Below, piece by piece: positions 12,973 through 25,853 of a stretch of DNA of 64,000 nt. The notes below the pieces were generated by a model, which saw only the letters and a program-made list of their open reading frames with translations, was not told the origin of the DNA and searched no databases. Position 1 is the stretch's first letter. Each line of letters starts with the position of its first letter. Made by a program: the position numbers and the translations under genes. This DNA is from Octopus vulgaris (lineage: Eukaryota), in contig OX597820.1 of NCBI GenBank assembly GCA_951406725.2, positions 127,224,001 through 127,288,000 of the forward strand, written 5' to 3'.

Positions 12973-15792
12973 ATTTTCCATTACTTTACTTTACATTTAA
13001 AAACACATTAACTGTGAGGTTGTAGGTCTGTTTATTGACTAGATTATCATGATAAACAGTCGAGTGGATTATTGGACTATTGACTCAAAGATCTTCAGTT
13101 CATATTTACTACATGAAATTCTTGTGTGTATTTTTTTTTAAATCATTCACTTAGCTCTTCTTGTTTCAGACCACCTAGCTGTTGGGAAAGGAATCGGTTT
13201 CAAATGATCAGACAATGCTGCTTGATGCCATGGTCTGGTGCCATTTTCTAGCTGGAGTTTTACTATCACATTAACCCCATAAAAATAGAAATAAACCCAA
13301 CTTTGTCTTTCATCCTTTCAGGACTAACAAAATGTCGATCCAGTTTTGAACCCCCGCCCTTTCTCTCTCTGAAATGACTTGTAGCATGGCATGGCATGGT
13401 GGTAGATGGAGGTCCCCAGAATTGACCCTCCTGCAATGTCCGAATGGTTCACCTACAGCTCAATCAGGAATTGAAGGTGCAAGACCAGGCTATCCACCTT
13501 TGCATCCAAGCCACTTCCTCTTCCCACACCTCCCCCATCCTCCTGTTATTTACTGTTCTCAGATTCTCTGTCTAAAACTCCTTTAGAATTTAAGGATCAG
13601 TTTGAATTAGCAATAAAAAGATCAAGGACGTATTGATTGGCCTGCCTGAAGGATGTTTGCATAAAGAGACAAGAGGTCTGTGCCACCTCCCTCCCCTCCC
13701 CTCTACATGCATCTGTGTACAGGAATGCAACATTGAAAACCATTAAAGGATGGATGGAACATAATTGATTCTTTTTAATCTTTTTTTTTCTTTTTTTGTT
13801 GCGTTTTCTTCATTTTATTGTTCTTTGATATTTTTCTTCTTCATTTTCTGGTTGGGTTTTTGTTATTCAGGGAGAGGATGAGTGTTAGAAGAATTCATTA
13901 CAAATGAAATTGTGGTGTTAAGTTTGCAGAAATAGCAATGGATTATGGAGATCATCTTTTAGCTTCAATCATGTTGTAGTATTGGTCACGGGGAATTTGA
14001 ACTCTACATCCTTTACATGCCATAATCCCCTTATTAGGTTTGGGACTGAGATCACACAATAGCAGATTGAAATCTTAATTTTTCTTTTTAATTGGTGATA
14101 AAGTGTATAGAATTTAAGGTTTCTGGGGTTTTTTTTAATTAAGTAGGAGTGAGGGCAATAAAATTGAATGGAAGAAGAGGGGTAGATAAGCTTACTAAAT
14201 GAAAGAGAGGAATCTTAGGATGTAGCAAATGTGAGGGGAGGGGGAGGGGGAAGTGCAATGTAACAATTGCAGAGGAGGACAAACTAAGGAGAGCAGTTTT
14301 GCCATTGTTGAAGGAGGAAGCAAAGAGTGGTAACAGAGAATGAATGAGAGAAAGGAGTAAATAAGGAAGTGATGAGGCAGACGGATGGATGCAAGATAGG
14401 TAGATTGATGGATTGATGGATGCAAGATGGATAGATGGAGGGCTATAGTAAAAGACACTAGTTCAAGGTGCCACACGGTAGGGCTGAACCCAGAACCATT
14501 TTTTGATGGAAAGCAAATTTCTTAACCACACCTGCGCCTACATATCCTAAAAACTTGTAAAACCCACCCCCATACAGATATACACATATTATAGTCTATT
14601 GAGGAATTGGGGATAGGTACAACGGCAGTAATAATAACTGCACCTCATGTTTACCTCATTCACTGTGACACTGCATGTTATTGTGGCCAAAATTGAGTCC
14701 TACACTTGCCTTACTCATTTAGAATGTACTCAAAATCTAAGACATAAATATGAAGGAAGGTGGGAAAATAAAGTGTGGGTTTTGTTAGCATTTGATGATT
14801 TCATTATTCTTCTTTTTGCCAAGTTATATTTATGACTCATAAAGATATTACGTAATGTTGAAACTTAATTTTGATAGTGGTGGTGGAGAAATTATTTGTG
14901 TTTTAAGGTCAGTGAGTTAGCAGAAATGGTAGACTACCATATTAAATACTCTACAGTATTTATATATTCCCATTTACTTAAAAATTTAGGAGTTGTGCTC
15001 GTCTGTCGTGTAGCTTGGCTCAAAACCCTGTGACTTGGTTTGACATTTTGCAGCTTAATTTCAGTCTGTGATTTTATTTGAAACCATGCAGCTTGTCTTG
15101 AGATGATTCCTTATAATATTCCATTATAAAAGTATAATTGGTGTTTTTAAACATGGCATGGCTATGGTGGGGTCCATCCAAGTGAAATAAGAATTAAAGG
15201 GGTTCATAAGTAAAAATATATTATTCAGATCCACATGAAGTATGAACGTATAATGAATGAATAAAATTTTTTTAACTATTAATATTCCAATATTTATTTT
15301 TTTTCATTCCTCTTTCCACCACCACCCTTTTGTGTGTGTGTGTTATTTTCTCCTACATCAGAAGAAATAGATAATTCAGATTAAAGAGAAATCAGAATGC
15401 AGTAATATATTTTTTTAAAATTTTCGTTTATATCATTTCTATTCTGGGATCATGTCTTAATTCAAGAATAGAATTGAGGTTAAGAATGTCACTTATTGTC
15501 ATGACATTCCAAAGAAAATGTGTTACATTCCTTAGACTGGAATAATGGGTGGTGGGGAGAGGGTGGAGGAAGAAATCCTAAGCTAGCAGTTTGTGACATC
15601 GTCAGGACACACCCAGATTGTTGTGTTTAAGTTTTCATAATAAACTACAGAGGAGGCAGATGCAGTGAAGATGAATTGATGTGGCTACATTATAAGCTAC
15701 AGTACATGGATCTGATAATGAACATGGCAGAGTCCACCTTGGAAGTTATGAAAGGCAACTGAATGTCAGTCTGTAATGCTCTCCCCTCTTTC

Positions 15793-16016
15793 ATTTAGCA
15801 TTCAAACCGGCCATACCTGGCCAAAATATTTAACCTGTTATATATTAAAACTGACCAGATTGCACCTTTCATCTTAGCCCTACCATGTTGTTCTAAAACT
15901 AAAAAAATCACATCACCGAAATCTCTAAACTACAAGATAATGCATGATTAATTCAAACCATTTTAAATAATTAAAAAATCACATTTGACAGAATAATCTG
16001 AACACTAAAGGGTTAA
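15793..16016. mobile_element. piggyBac-type MITE family 2
   Basis: Right end CTAAAGGGTTAA; body matches the other family 2 copies. Confidence 0.75.
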
Positions 16017-17484
16017 GTATATTTGATCTCTCATTTTTCTCTCTTGCAGCCTCACCTGATTCTCTCTCTGTCCCCTCCCTGTCTCTCACCTGTCCTCTCC
16101 AATTTCTAGGATCAATGAAACTGATATATGTCTCAGTGTAATTGTTTCTCCGATCAATTTTCTCCTGCAAAACAAATTACTATGACAACATTATTACTGT
16201 CATTATGACATTAAGCATGGTTGTGTGGTAAATACGTTCTGCTTCACAGCAACATGGTTCCTGGTTCAATCCTATGGAGCCCAGCTTTCATCCTCATATA
16301 CATTTGGTTGAACATGGTTTGAATAATAGGACATGATTTAGATAATCGTCCTGGACGCATGTTCAAAAATAAAGATGTGATGGTCATAGATGGAATACTT
16401 TGTTCAAAGTACTACACCATTGATTCTCAATGATTTTTTTACATGGTAGGCTGTCCTTTATACCCTTGCCAAAGATTAATTTAGCCATTTGATAAATAGA
16501 CCAATTAACCCTTTTGTTACCAGCCTGCTAATCTCCTTGTTTCTCTGATACAAACTTATTTTTAAACTGCTCTAAACCGAAATGTTGATCTAAATTTCCT
16601 GTCAATTTATATTCTAAATACCGACTTAATGACAAAAGTATTTTACTAAATTCTCATTACTCTAAGGGATGTAAACAAACCTACACTGGTTGTCAGTTGG
16701 TGGTGTTAGGGAAAGACACATACATACACACACACACACAACACACATTTATATGTGTGTGTGTGTGTGTGTATATGATTGTTTTTCTACACAGTTTCCA
16801 TCTACCAAATTCTCTCATAAGACACTGGTCTGCTCAGGGCTTTAGTTGAAGACACTTGACCATGGTACCATGCTGAACTCAAAACCATATAATTGCAAAG
16901 CAAGCTTCTTAACCACACAGCCATGAAAGTAAAGACACTTATTGTCAAGTGCTTTAGTTCTTTCTACATGAACAGCATTCTTAGCCATAATGATATTCTG
17001 TATCTAGCAGGTTCATTTAAGATGAATTCTTATCCTTTTCTGTGGCCATGCTGTAGCAACCCTGTCTTTTTTTAGCTATATATATTGTACTTTTTAAATT
17101 TAGCCCTTTGAACATGGAGTTTTCATATTAAAGACTGAGGTTTGGGAGTTTGCATCCTGTTTAACAGGTGCGCAAATAATCTCTACATTAAATTTTATTG
17201 CAAAATACCTGTGCAACATGGATGCAGGTGCCTTTCTGTTAATATTTGGAGGCTTTAACTGACAACAAGCTAAAAGAAAAAAACTGGGGTTTCAAGTGAA
17301 AGCACTTTTTTCTCATGTGCTTGTCATACACATGGGAAAGCACATGTGAGCATGTGTATATATACACACTTTGGGATGAAAACATAAATGTTTATGCTTT
17401 TATACGCACTTTCAGCTGAAAGCCTGTTTTTGGATGAAAGCACATATAAATGCTTATAGTTTTATCCACACTTGGAAGTTCATA

Positions 17485-18611
17485 TACAAGATGATATCAA
17501 AAGGTTCTTGGATTAGTTATGTTTAATTAAAAATAACTTATTTACCTAAGTTATCACCTTCAAAATAGTCTTCATGCACAGCAATACACTGGTCCCCATG
17601 TTCCTGCCACTTTTGGAATTCAGCCTGGAAGTCATTTTCCATAAGTGAGCTGAGGGTCTTCCGTAATTCTGGATCTTGACAGCAGTGTTAAAACGGCAAC
17701 CTTTGAGCTGCATTTTCATCTTGGGAAAGAGACAGAAGTCCGCAGGTCCTAAATCTAGCAAAAAGGCAGTTGTGGAAGCAATACCTATTTCTTTACTACC
17801 CACAAGGGGCTAAACACAGAGAGGACAAATAAATGGTTTAAGTCGATTATATCAACCCCAGTGCATAACTGGTACTTATTTAATCGACCCTGAAAGGATT
17901 AAAGGCAAAGTCGACCTTGGCGGAATTTGAACTCAGAACATAAAAGCAGACAAAATACTGCTAAGCATTTCGCCCGGCGCGCTAACGTTTCTACCAGCTC
18001 GCCACCTTCGTGGAAGCAATACCATGTTGTTTTTGGCAAGAAACTCACGAGTGAAGAGATCTCAGTGACAAGGTGCATTATGAAGAATCCAATTCTTTGC
18101 GCTCGACAGGTCCAGTTGCTTTCGCTGAGTGTCTTCCCTGAAATACTTCTAAATGTCACAGTAGAACTCCCAATTGGCAGTCTGGCCCTGGGGGATGACT
18201 TTTTGATGTACAACACCACATTTATGGGTGTGATACTCATAGCAGGTCTTCCAGATTGCTTATCTTCCCAGGATGTTCTTCCACTTTTGAAGCACCCATT
18301 CCACTTGAAACATTGTGTACAACCCATTACCTCATCGCCATAAACTTACCAATGTCTCTGGCCAATGTCTCTGGCCAATGTCTCTGTTGTAGACTTCTCA
18401 AGTTTAGCACAAAATTTCATGTTATCTCTTTGTTGCTCTGCATCACAAAATTGCAGACCACAACATAAACGTGATTACAAAGACACAAATTTCACAACTT
18501 GTGAAATAAACACAATGATGTTACTCAGCACACTGCCTCATGAAGATGTGTGCTGCCATCTGTTGGCATGCTACAGAACTAGTCTAGGAACATTTTGATA
18601 CCTATTTGTTA
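17485..18611 (-). mobile_element. Defective, internally deleted mariner (Tc1/mariner) transposon
   Basis: Minus-strand peptides DLGPADFCLFPKMKMQLKGCRF (cf. SPDLAPxDFxLFP), FQKWQEHGDQCIAVHEDYFEGDN (C-terminus) and CFKWNGCFKSGRTSWEDKQSGRP (N-terminal HTH region); degenerate TIRs ...TATCAAAAGGTTCTTGGATTAGTT / AACTAGTCTAGGAACATTTTGATA. Confidence 0.9.
17786..18009 (-). mobile_element. Young SINE family B inserted into the mariner
   Basis: Perfect 14-bp target-site duplication GTGGAAGCAATACC at 17772-17785 and 18010-18023. Confidence 0.92.
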
Positions 18612-18622
18612 ATGCTTATATA

Positions 18623-18782
18623 GGGAATATTTGCCGCTGGAATAAGGAGTGGTTGGAGATCACGCGGTCGTTAGCCTCAAATCGCCAGGCATGGTTGGCG
18701 TTTGTGAGAGATGCAGCATTGAGGATAAATAAAGCCAGCTCAACCCACCCCGGGTGAATGCTGTCTCAAGTCAAGTCAAGTC
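18623..18782 (+). mobile_element. 5'-truncated RTE-clade LINE 3' end
   Basis: Encodes KEWLEITRSLASNRQAWLAFVRDAALRINKASSTHPG*, then a (CAAGT)n tail; 12-bp TSD AATGCTTATATA at 18611-18622 and 18783-18794. Confidence 0.8.
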
Positions 18783-19310
18783 AATGCTTATATACACACA
18801 CTTGGGGGTGGCCATTTATTCTCTTGAGGGCATCTGTTTGACTGATTTTATTTTTTATCCAACAATGTGTCCAAAAATCCTCCTCCTTATGAAGCAAGCT
18901 TGGAGATGGTTGCTGGTTTCATCACCAACAGTCCAACTATGGCAGAGTTTGTACTGGTTTGCATGGTTACTAAGAGTAGGTTTCTGGTTATTTGGTTTGT
19001 GGTCTCACATATATCAACCTACCTGCCACGTCTCATAACTATGAATCTGTTCCTCAAATCAAGGTCTACTCCCCCTCTCATCACCTTGCCTAAAATCACA
19101 TCTCTCTCTCTCTCTCATTTTATTCTCCTTGCTTATCAAGTGTCCCGTTAAGGCTTTTAGTCTTTGCAAGTTACAAAGCAACCTCACTAGTGCTGGTGCT
19201 GGCATCAGGGCAGGTATCCAACAATAGAAACAGTGCCAAAATAGAGCATGATGTAGTCTCCCAACTTATCAAACCCTGTTGAATTAGCCAGCTTGGAGAT
19301 CAATGATGAC

Positions 19311-19345
<35 letters not shown>

Positions 19346-20440
19346 AATATACTTGGTTAAATACAAAACTGTAGAGTCTTCATGAATTTTATATTATCTT
19401 TAAGAGCTGATATTGAAATTTCCCCATCACCTCACCACATTCACCTTCCTACCTGACACACGCTGTGAAGGTTATTTAAAGCATAATTTATTTCTTTTTT
19501 CATGAATTTCAGTTGGCCAGTAAATACTTTGTAGTAAAGTTTAAACTTATTGATTGGCTGGTCTCAATAAATCGATGAACCTTTCAACTTTCTTGATAGC
19601 GATCGATATTTGCTGCAATTATTTTTATCTTTCACTGAATAGGAAATAATTGCTAACAGAAAACATATTTAAGTTGTGTTTGTATGTTTTTATCTGAATA
19701 AATAAGATGAAGATCCTCCTTGTCAGTTTTAATAGCGTTTGGTACTTCATGCTGGGCTAAGTTTGTCGGGTCACCAGTAAATCATGCATGCCTTCATGCA
19801 TCTCATCTGTGACACTTTGTCATCTCATTTACTGACCTTGGAGAAGTCTAAAAGGTTACATTGGATATTTTCTACCCAAGTTTGTTAACGTGTTAGGCAA
19901 CCACCACTACTATAATTTTATTTGGATGACAAGGCCAAGGTTTCAAAGTGTTAATGGACTTAAAAATGCTATTGTATTATCACGTCAATGTGACAAACTA
20001 AACTCAAACATAGCTGTACCTTTAATATAAGATGCTTTCTAGAAAAACAGTTCTCTCTCGTTTTGGTCCCATTCTCGGTAAGTTTCTTGCTGGTGCCTCC
20101 AGAGTGGAAGCAATATTATCGATAATGGCAGAAATTGCACTTGACCCTCTGGCCGATAACTGAAGAGAAGTTAGTGACCTGTATTTTCTGTTCATCTGTG
20201 TATTTAGTTTATGTTTGTATGTTTATTTACTATTTGTTTCTTTTGGATCATATATATCCGTATATGTATGTATGTATACTCAAATTAAAATAAGATTTAA
20301 ATGTTGAAGTGAATTTGACAGTTTTTTGGGCTGTTTTTAAATGGCTTATAAACACCTTCAACACTGCAGTTGTTTTTGTTTCAGCACACAATCTCAGATT
20401 GGGTCACTTGCTATGCAAGTACATCCCCGTAATATATATT

Positions 20441-20743
20441 ATGGTACTCTGTCGGTTATGACAATGAGGTTCCAGTTGATCCGATCAATAGAACAGCCTG
20501 CTCGTGAAATTAATGTGCAAGTGGCTGAGCACTCCACAGACACGTGTACCCTTAATGTAGTTTGCAGGGAGATTCAGTGTGACAAGGCTGGCCCTTTGAA
20601 ATACAGGTACAACAGAAACAGTGAGAGAAAGTTGTGGTGAAAGAATGGAGCTTTACATGTTTCCACCCGATAAACACAAGGCTCGGTCTGGGAATGAAAC
20701 CACGATCCTATGACCACGAGTCTGCTGCCCTAACCACTGGGCC
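20441..20743 (-). mobile_element. Chimeric tRNA-derived SINE (family E head plus family D tail)
   Basis: Head matches the 5' part of the 30946 element; tail matches 25529-25715. Confidence 0.8.
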
Positions 20744-20753
20744 TCTCTCTCTA

Positions 20754-20811
<58 letters not shown>

Positions 20812-20866
20812 TGATTTTAGTTTCAGCTCATGAGCTGTGGCCATGCTGGATGTATATATATATATA

Positions 20867-20944
<78 letters not shown>
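20744..20944. repeat. (CT)n/(TA)n/(CA)n microsatellite block
   Basis: Directly visible; contains a short SINE-like scrap. Confidence 0.9.
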
Positions 20945-20948
<4 letters not shown>

Positions 20949-21170
20949 AGAGGTGGGTTGAAAAGATCCCGGTGGCTTTGGGTGAAAGAAAATACTGGAG
21001 TATCAGTTAATTCTGATTTTATTCAGCATATTCCTCTCTCAGATTCACATGCTTATTGCAGCAATCCATCAGTTTTTCTAAGCCCTGTAAAAGAACTTGG
21101 CACGTTGTACTTCCAACCAGGCTTTTTGTGATAACCTCAAAGCCCAGAACTTTTCACCACCACTCTCATA
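20945..21170 (-). mobile_element. Mariner-derived MITE
   Basis: TIRs of the form GAGRGG..TGAAAAGWTCC..GGCTTT / AAAGCC..GAACTTTTCA; reverse complement of 54791-55012. Confidence 0.8.
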
Positions 21171-21837
21171 CGTACACACACACACACACACACACACACT
21201 TCATAGTACTTTGGTTAAGTATATTCTGTTATAGCTCTTGGCTGTTCAAGCCTTGTGAGTGGAATCTGAAAGCAGCTTGTCATTCATGTGTGTGTAACTC
21301 CCTCCTTGTCTTGATATTCTGTGATAGTTGTTAAATGATTGTCACTGTCATTCATTGCCAATGTCGCCTAAGAACAGGTTTGGCCATGGCCTTGCATCTA
21401 GCCATAGGAAATGTCCCTCAATAAACTCCACCCAAACCATGCAAGTATGGGAAAATGGATATTGAAATGATGGTGATACACGTGTCTGTATCTGTACGCA
21501 AAGAACAGCATGTCGAACGAGGTAAAATACCCGTTCAGGAACTGCTTTGGTCTAAATGGTCTGCTAAAGCTTCCACAGATAGTGAGGTTTGTTGTATTTA
21601 ACTGGTTTCACTGTTTTTAAACATGTAGAGTAGATTTATGTGAGATTAAAAAGAAAGACCAAACCAGCTTAATTGCGTCGACTGTTAACACCTCAGAATT
21701 ATGAAGTGAGAGGATCGGAGGGTGAAATAGGGGTCGGAAGACAGGGAAAAGAAAGCGGTTGTCATGTAATGTCATTGCTTGATATATCTAACCCTGAAAT
21801 AAGCACACAATAAATATATAATCCTATTTTCATATTC

Positions 21838-22360
21838 ATGCACACAAATGCCGACACACACCTGCTCATGCATACACACACCTGCTCATGCATACACACA
21901 CCTGCTCGTACATGTTTGCACTCACTTGTTCATACATGTTTGCACACTTTTGATCGTATATATGTACATGCATTAGTCTTTACATGCACATGGTTATCTG
22001 CACATGCACACATGTTTGTGTTCATCTCTATACAAACATTTTACCCATAGATGCATAATGTTTCCTTCAACATCTGCACACACTCACCTATGCATTCATA
22101 TGCGTTTTTCTAAGCTTGTGCATACGCATTCGCCTTAACATGTGTGCAAATATGTTCACACACTTTTGCCAAAACCTGCATCCACACATCAGTCTATATA
22201 TGCATGCACGTTTGTTCATGCACACATACACATGCTCTTGCTCAAATGCACACACACACACACACACACACACTTGTCCAAATACACACGCACTTGCCCA
22301 AAATGCACACCCCAAATCCAAACATGTGCATGCTTGCCCATACATACTCATTCATGTAAA
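21838..22360. repeat. AC/ATG-rich low-complexity tract with short tandem duplications
   Basis: ACACACCTGCTC(A/G)T occurs three times; (CA)n runs. Confidence 0.8.
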
Positions 22361-23220
22361 GCTGTGCACTATAAATTCTCAAAACACAAAATTGCAAAAA
22401 CAAAAGTCAGCTGTTGTATATTTTTGTGAAGAGAATGGTAAATATGTTGCATAGTTATTACATATTGTTGTTACAGTTCTCTCTGCAACAAGAGTTTGAG
22501 TCTATCGCTACACACTCTGTTGTGTGTGTGTGTAATTGTGCCAACTATTTCTTACAGTAACTTCAGCAACAGTTGAATATTTTTCAATGCTTTGAGGGAA
22601 GAGAGAGAGAGAGAGAGAGAGAGAGAAAACACTCGCACAAAACAAAGCATAAGATAAGAAAGCTCTTAATAAATTTGTACTGGCTCTGTGAAACCTGGAA
22701 TAACTCTAATACTTTGGGGTGAAGGAATAGAGTGGGGGAGAGAGACATTGTAGGAGAAAGAAAGATTGGTTATCGAATAACTGTAACTCTGTCCTCTATG
22801 CATGATATTGTTTTGTTTTGTTTTTACTCTGACTTAATTAAGGTATGTCATGGAACAACTGTGCCAGCCAAGCCAATGTTACAAGTAACATATGCGTTCT
22901 GAATCAAGAGCATTTATTCTTGCTATGTGTGTGTGTGTGTGTGTGTGTTGTCTTGCTGTTTTGCTTTCTCTTTAGATTTGCAATAACTTTGTCTATTTAT
23001 AATACATCTATCAAGAATGCTACAAAGGTGACAGAATTTCCTCCTAGCTGCCTATTCTTAGCTGGGGTTTTTTTTTCTTTTTTATATGTTTTCTTTTCAT
23101 TTATTTTGCATTTCTAATATTGGGAAAACCGTCAAAGTTGTGTGTAGCCTCGGTTTTTGGGCCTCTCTCACTTTTTCTTGCTATTCTCTCTCAGTGTGTG
23201 ATATACATATATATATGTAT

Positions 23221-23407
23221 ATATATATATACATACACACACACATACACACACACACACATGATAACATAAATACATATATGTACTTACATACATCATA
23301 CATACATTATATATATACACATCATCATCATCATCACGTTTAACGTGATGATGATGATGTATATATATATATAATGTATGTATGATGTAAGTACATATAT
23401 GTATTCA

Positions 23408-23441
<34 letters not shown>

Positions 23442-23505
23442 ATGTATGTATGATGTAAGTACTTATATGTATTTATGCAATCGTGTGTGTGTGTGTGTAT
23501 ATATA
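23221..23505. repeat. Fold-back palindrome centred on 23341 with a duplicated right arm
   Basis: ...CATCATCATCACGTT-T-AACGTGATGATGATG...; arms of about 100 bp including non-microsatellite words. Confidence 0.9.
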
Positions 23506-24751
23506 TACACACACAATGCATATTCAAGGAGCATCTTTGCTTAGTAGCTAATTATGTCTATTAAAATTGCTGTGGGTAATCAATTGTAACCACTGAAATT
23601 TTTGTGATATTCAGCAATATATTGCTCTTTATACCCCCTTCTCTCCCTCTCTCCCTCTCCCTCTCTCTCTCTCCCTCTCTCTCCTCTCCCTCTCTCCCTC
23701 TCCCTCTCTCTCATCATTTTATTTCCTTCTTGCCTTCTTGGCCACTAGAATATTATTGCAGTTTTTCATGTGATTATCATGTACATTTTTCAACTATTGT
23801 CGTATTAGGAAATGGTTTAACCTGAAAATTATATGAGCCTATTAAGAACAACCCAAAATGATGTCTTATGCTATTTGATCTTCCATTACTGTTTGGATTT
23901 TGGTAAATCAGTTTTGAAAAACCAGGATCGATGTTGATGCCATGTAACTCTTGGTAAATTAAATGCTGTGGGTTCAGAGTAAATGTCATAAAGGCTTTTG
24001 TTGTATCAAAAGACGAATGGAGATTCTTTAAATCTAGGTGTTAGGAAAGTGGTCATTATTGACTGATAGTGACATGTGTGGTTATTCCAGGTGGTGATAA
24101 ACACCTGGAATGATTTTGGACATTAAGGGTGCTGAATTATTAACGAACTGACTTTGGAAATGAGTGGTACTTTAAGGCTAAAATTCATTCATTTCTATCC
24201 AAATATCAAAGCAGTATCTAGTATTCATCAAATATAAGTTACATATATTCCAACTATATCAATATAATATGATTGAATTTTTATTCAATCATATTATTCA
24301 ACATGACTTGCAGAAAATACAAATTATAATTTTTGGTAGATATTTGCATCATTCCTGGAATAACCGCGAAATTGAATTTCACTCATCAATGATGTATGAA
24401 GTTTACTGACCATACTTTAATCCATTCTAATCAACTGCATATTTACCTAATCTGATGCATATATTGTAATCAACTGCTTGCTTGTAAAGGTACATAAAAT
24501 TTCAGAACAATATATAGTGTATAAGATTAATTATAAAATTGGTTATGACTACATATTTAGGTTATAAAAAGGTGTGTTTGATTGTAGTGTCAGAAATAAC
24601 TGCTTTAAATACAGTAATTGGGAAAAATAACGATTAGAGAGTTAGCTCACATTTGTGTCAGGCCAAGCAAATGGGGGAGACACTTTTGAATGTCTCTGGA
24701 TTCTCGGTCATCTGCAGTCATAACCATTATTTGTTGGATCTGTAGATATAA

Positions 24752-25113
24752 CTAGCACTATGACCTGGCAATGCCGGGTCATAGTGCTAGTGCATGCATA
24801 TACAGCTGCGTGTGTGCGCACATACACGCGAGTACTGTCCAAATCTCTGACCAATCACATACAGCTCGCTGGCATTCAATTAGCATATCAAGTTTTGGGC
24901 ATTTTGATTGTGTTTTGGATAGAAAATTCACAAAAATGTTACTTCTATTGATTTTTTTAATGGCTTTGCTGGGTGACTGGGGAAATGTAAAGATGTGCAC
25001 GACCACCCTTGGACGGTTTTGAATGGCCATAGAAGTGCGAGCCTTCTAATTGAAAAATTGTGGATTTGTATAAAGGACACACACAGACATTTTGCCGTTT
25101 ATATATATAGAGA
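24752..25113 (-). mobile_element. Non-autonomous Helitron
   Basis: Minus strand starts A|TCTCTATATATATAAA and ends with a GC-rich hairpin then CTAG|T; inserted at an A/T dinucleotide with no TSD. Confidence 0.82.
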
Positions 25114-25528
25114 TAATTAACTGTAAAAATGGACACAAAGTAGTTTGGAAATTGAGATTGATTATTTAATCCTTTTATTAACATATTTTTGTTAAAATAT
25201 GTTGCTTTTGATTCACAAAATTTTTTAAATAATTTTAAAAAATTAATAGGAAAAGCTTTGTCATCAGTAAGCTGGTTCTTGAAACCAAAATTAACATGAA
25301 ATTTTGATGGAAAGTTTTAATTTAGATCACTTTAGAGCAAGAAGTTTGTGTCATAGAAGCTGGAGTGGTCTTAGGTAGGTTGGTATCAAACAGGCTAATT
25401 AATAAAGAGGCACGGGTCATTATTTTCATGCAGTAATAAAAAGAAAAAGGTGGGTTTTATTATATACAGTGTTTTTAATATCCAACAACCATTTTCTTTT
25501 TTTTTTTTCGCAACTCCAGAAATAGCTT

Positions 25529-25853
25529 AAACTGGTACTCCATCAGTTACAACAACAAGGATTCAGTTGATCCAATCAGCAGAACAACCTGCTCATGAAA
25601 TTATCATGCATGTGGCTGAGCACTCCAGAGACTTGTATAGCCTTAACAAAGTTTTCATAGAGATTCAGTGTGACACAGAGTGTGACAAGGCTGGCTCTTT
25701 GAATTACAGATACTACAAATTTTTGCTAGCTGAGTGGACTGAAGCAACATAGAATAAAGTGTCTTGCTCAAGGACACAACACCTCACTGGGAATTGAACC
25801 CCAACTTTGCAATCAAGAGCTGAATACTCTAACCACTAAACTTTGTGCCTTCA
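25529..25853 (-). mobile_element. tRNA-derived SINE family D
   Basis: Minus strand has A-box TTTAGTGGTTAG, B-box GGTTCAATTCC and CORE-like TGTGTCCTTGAGCAAGACACTT. Confidence 0.8.

Noticed and set aside
13374-13635. GC-richer island with short ORFs as a possible exon
   Set aside because: No acceptor/donor pair phase-compatible with the flanking exons; no recognisable homology.
22790-22850. Strong donor AAG|GTATGT at 22842
   Set aside because: The phase-2 frame is closed by TAA immediately upstream; such motifs are expected by chance.
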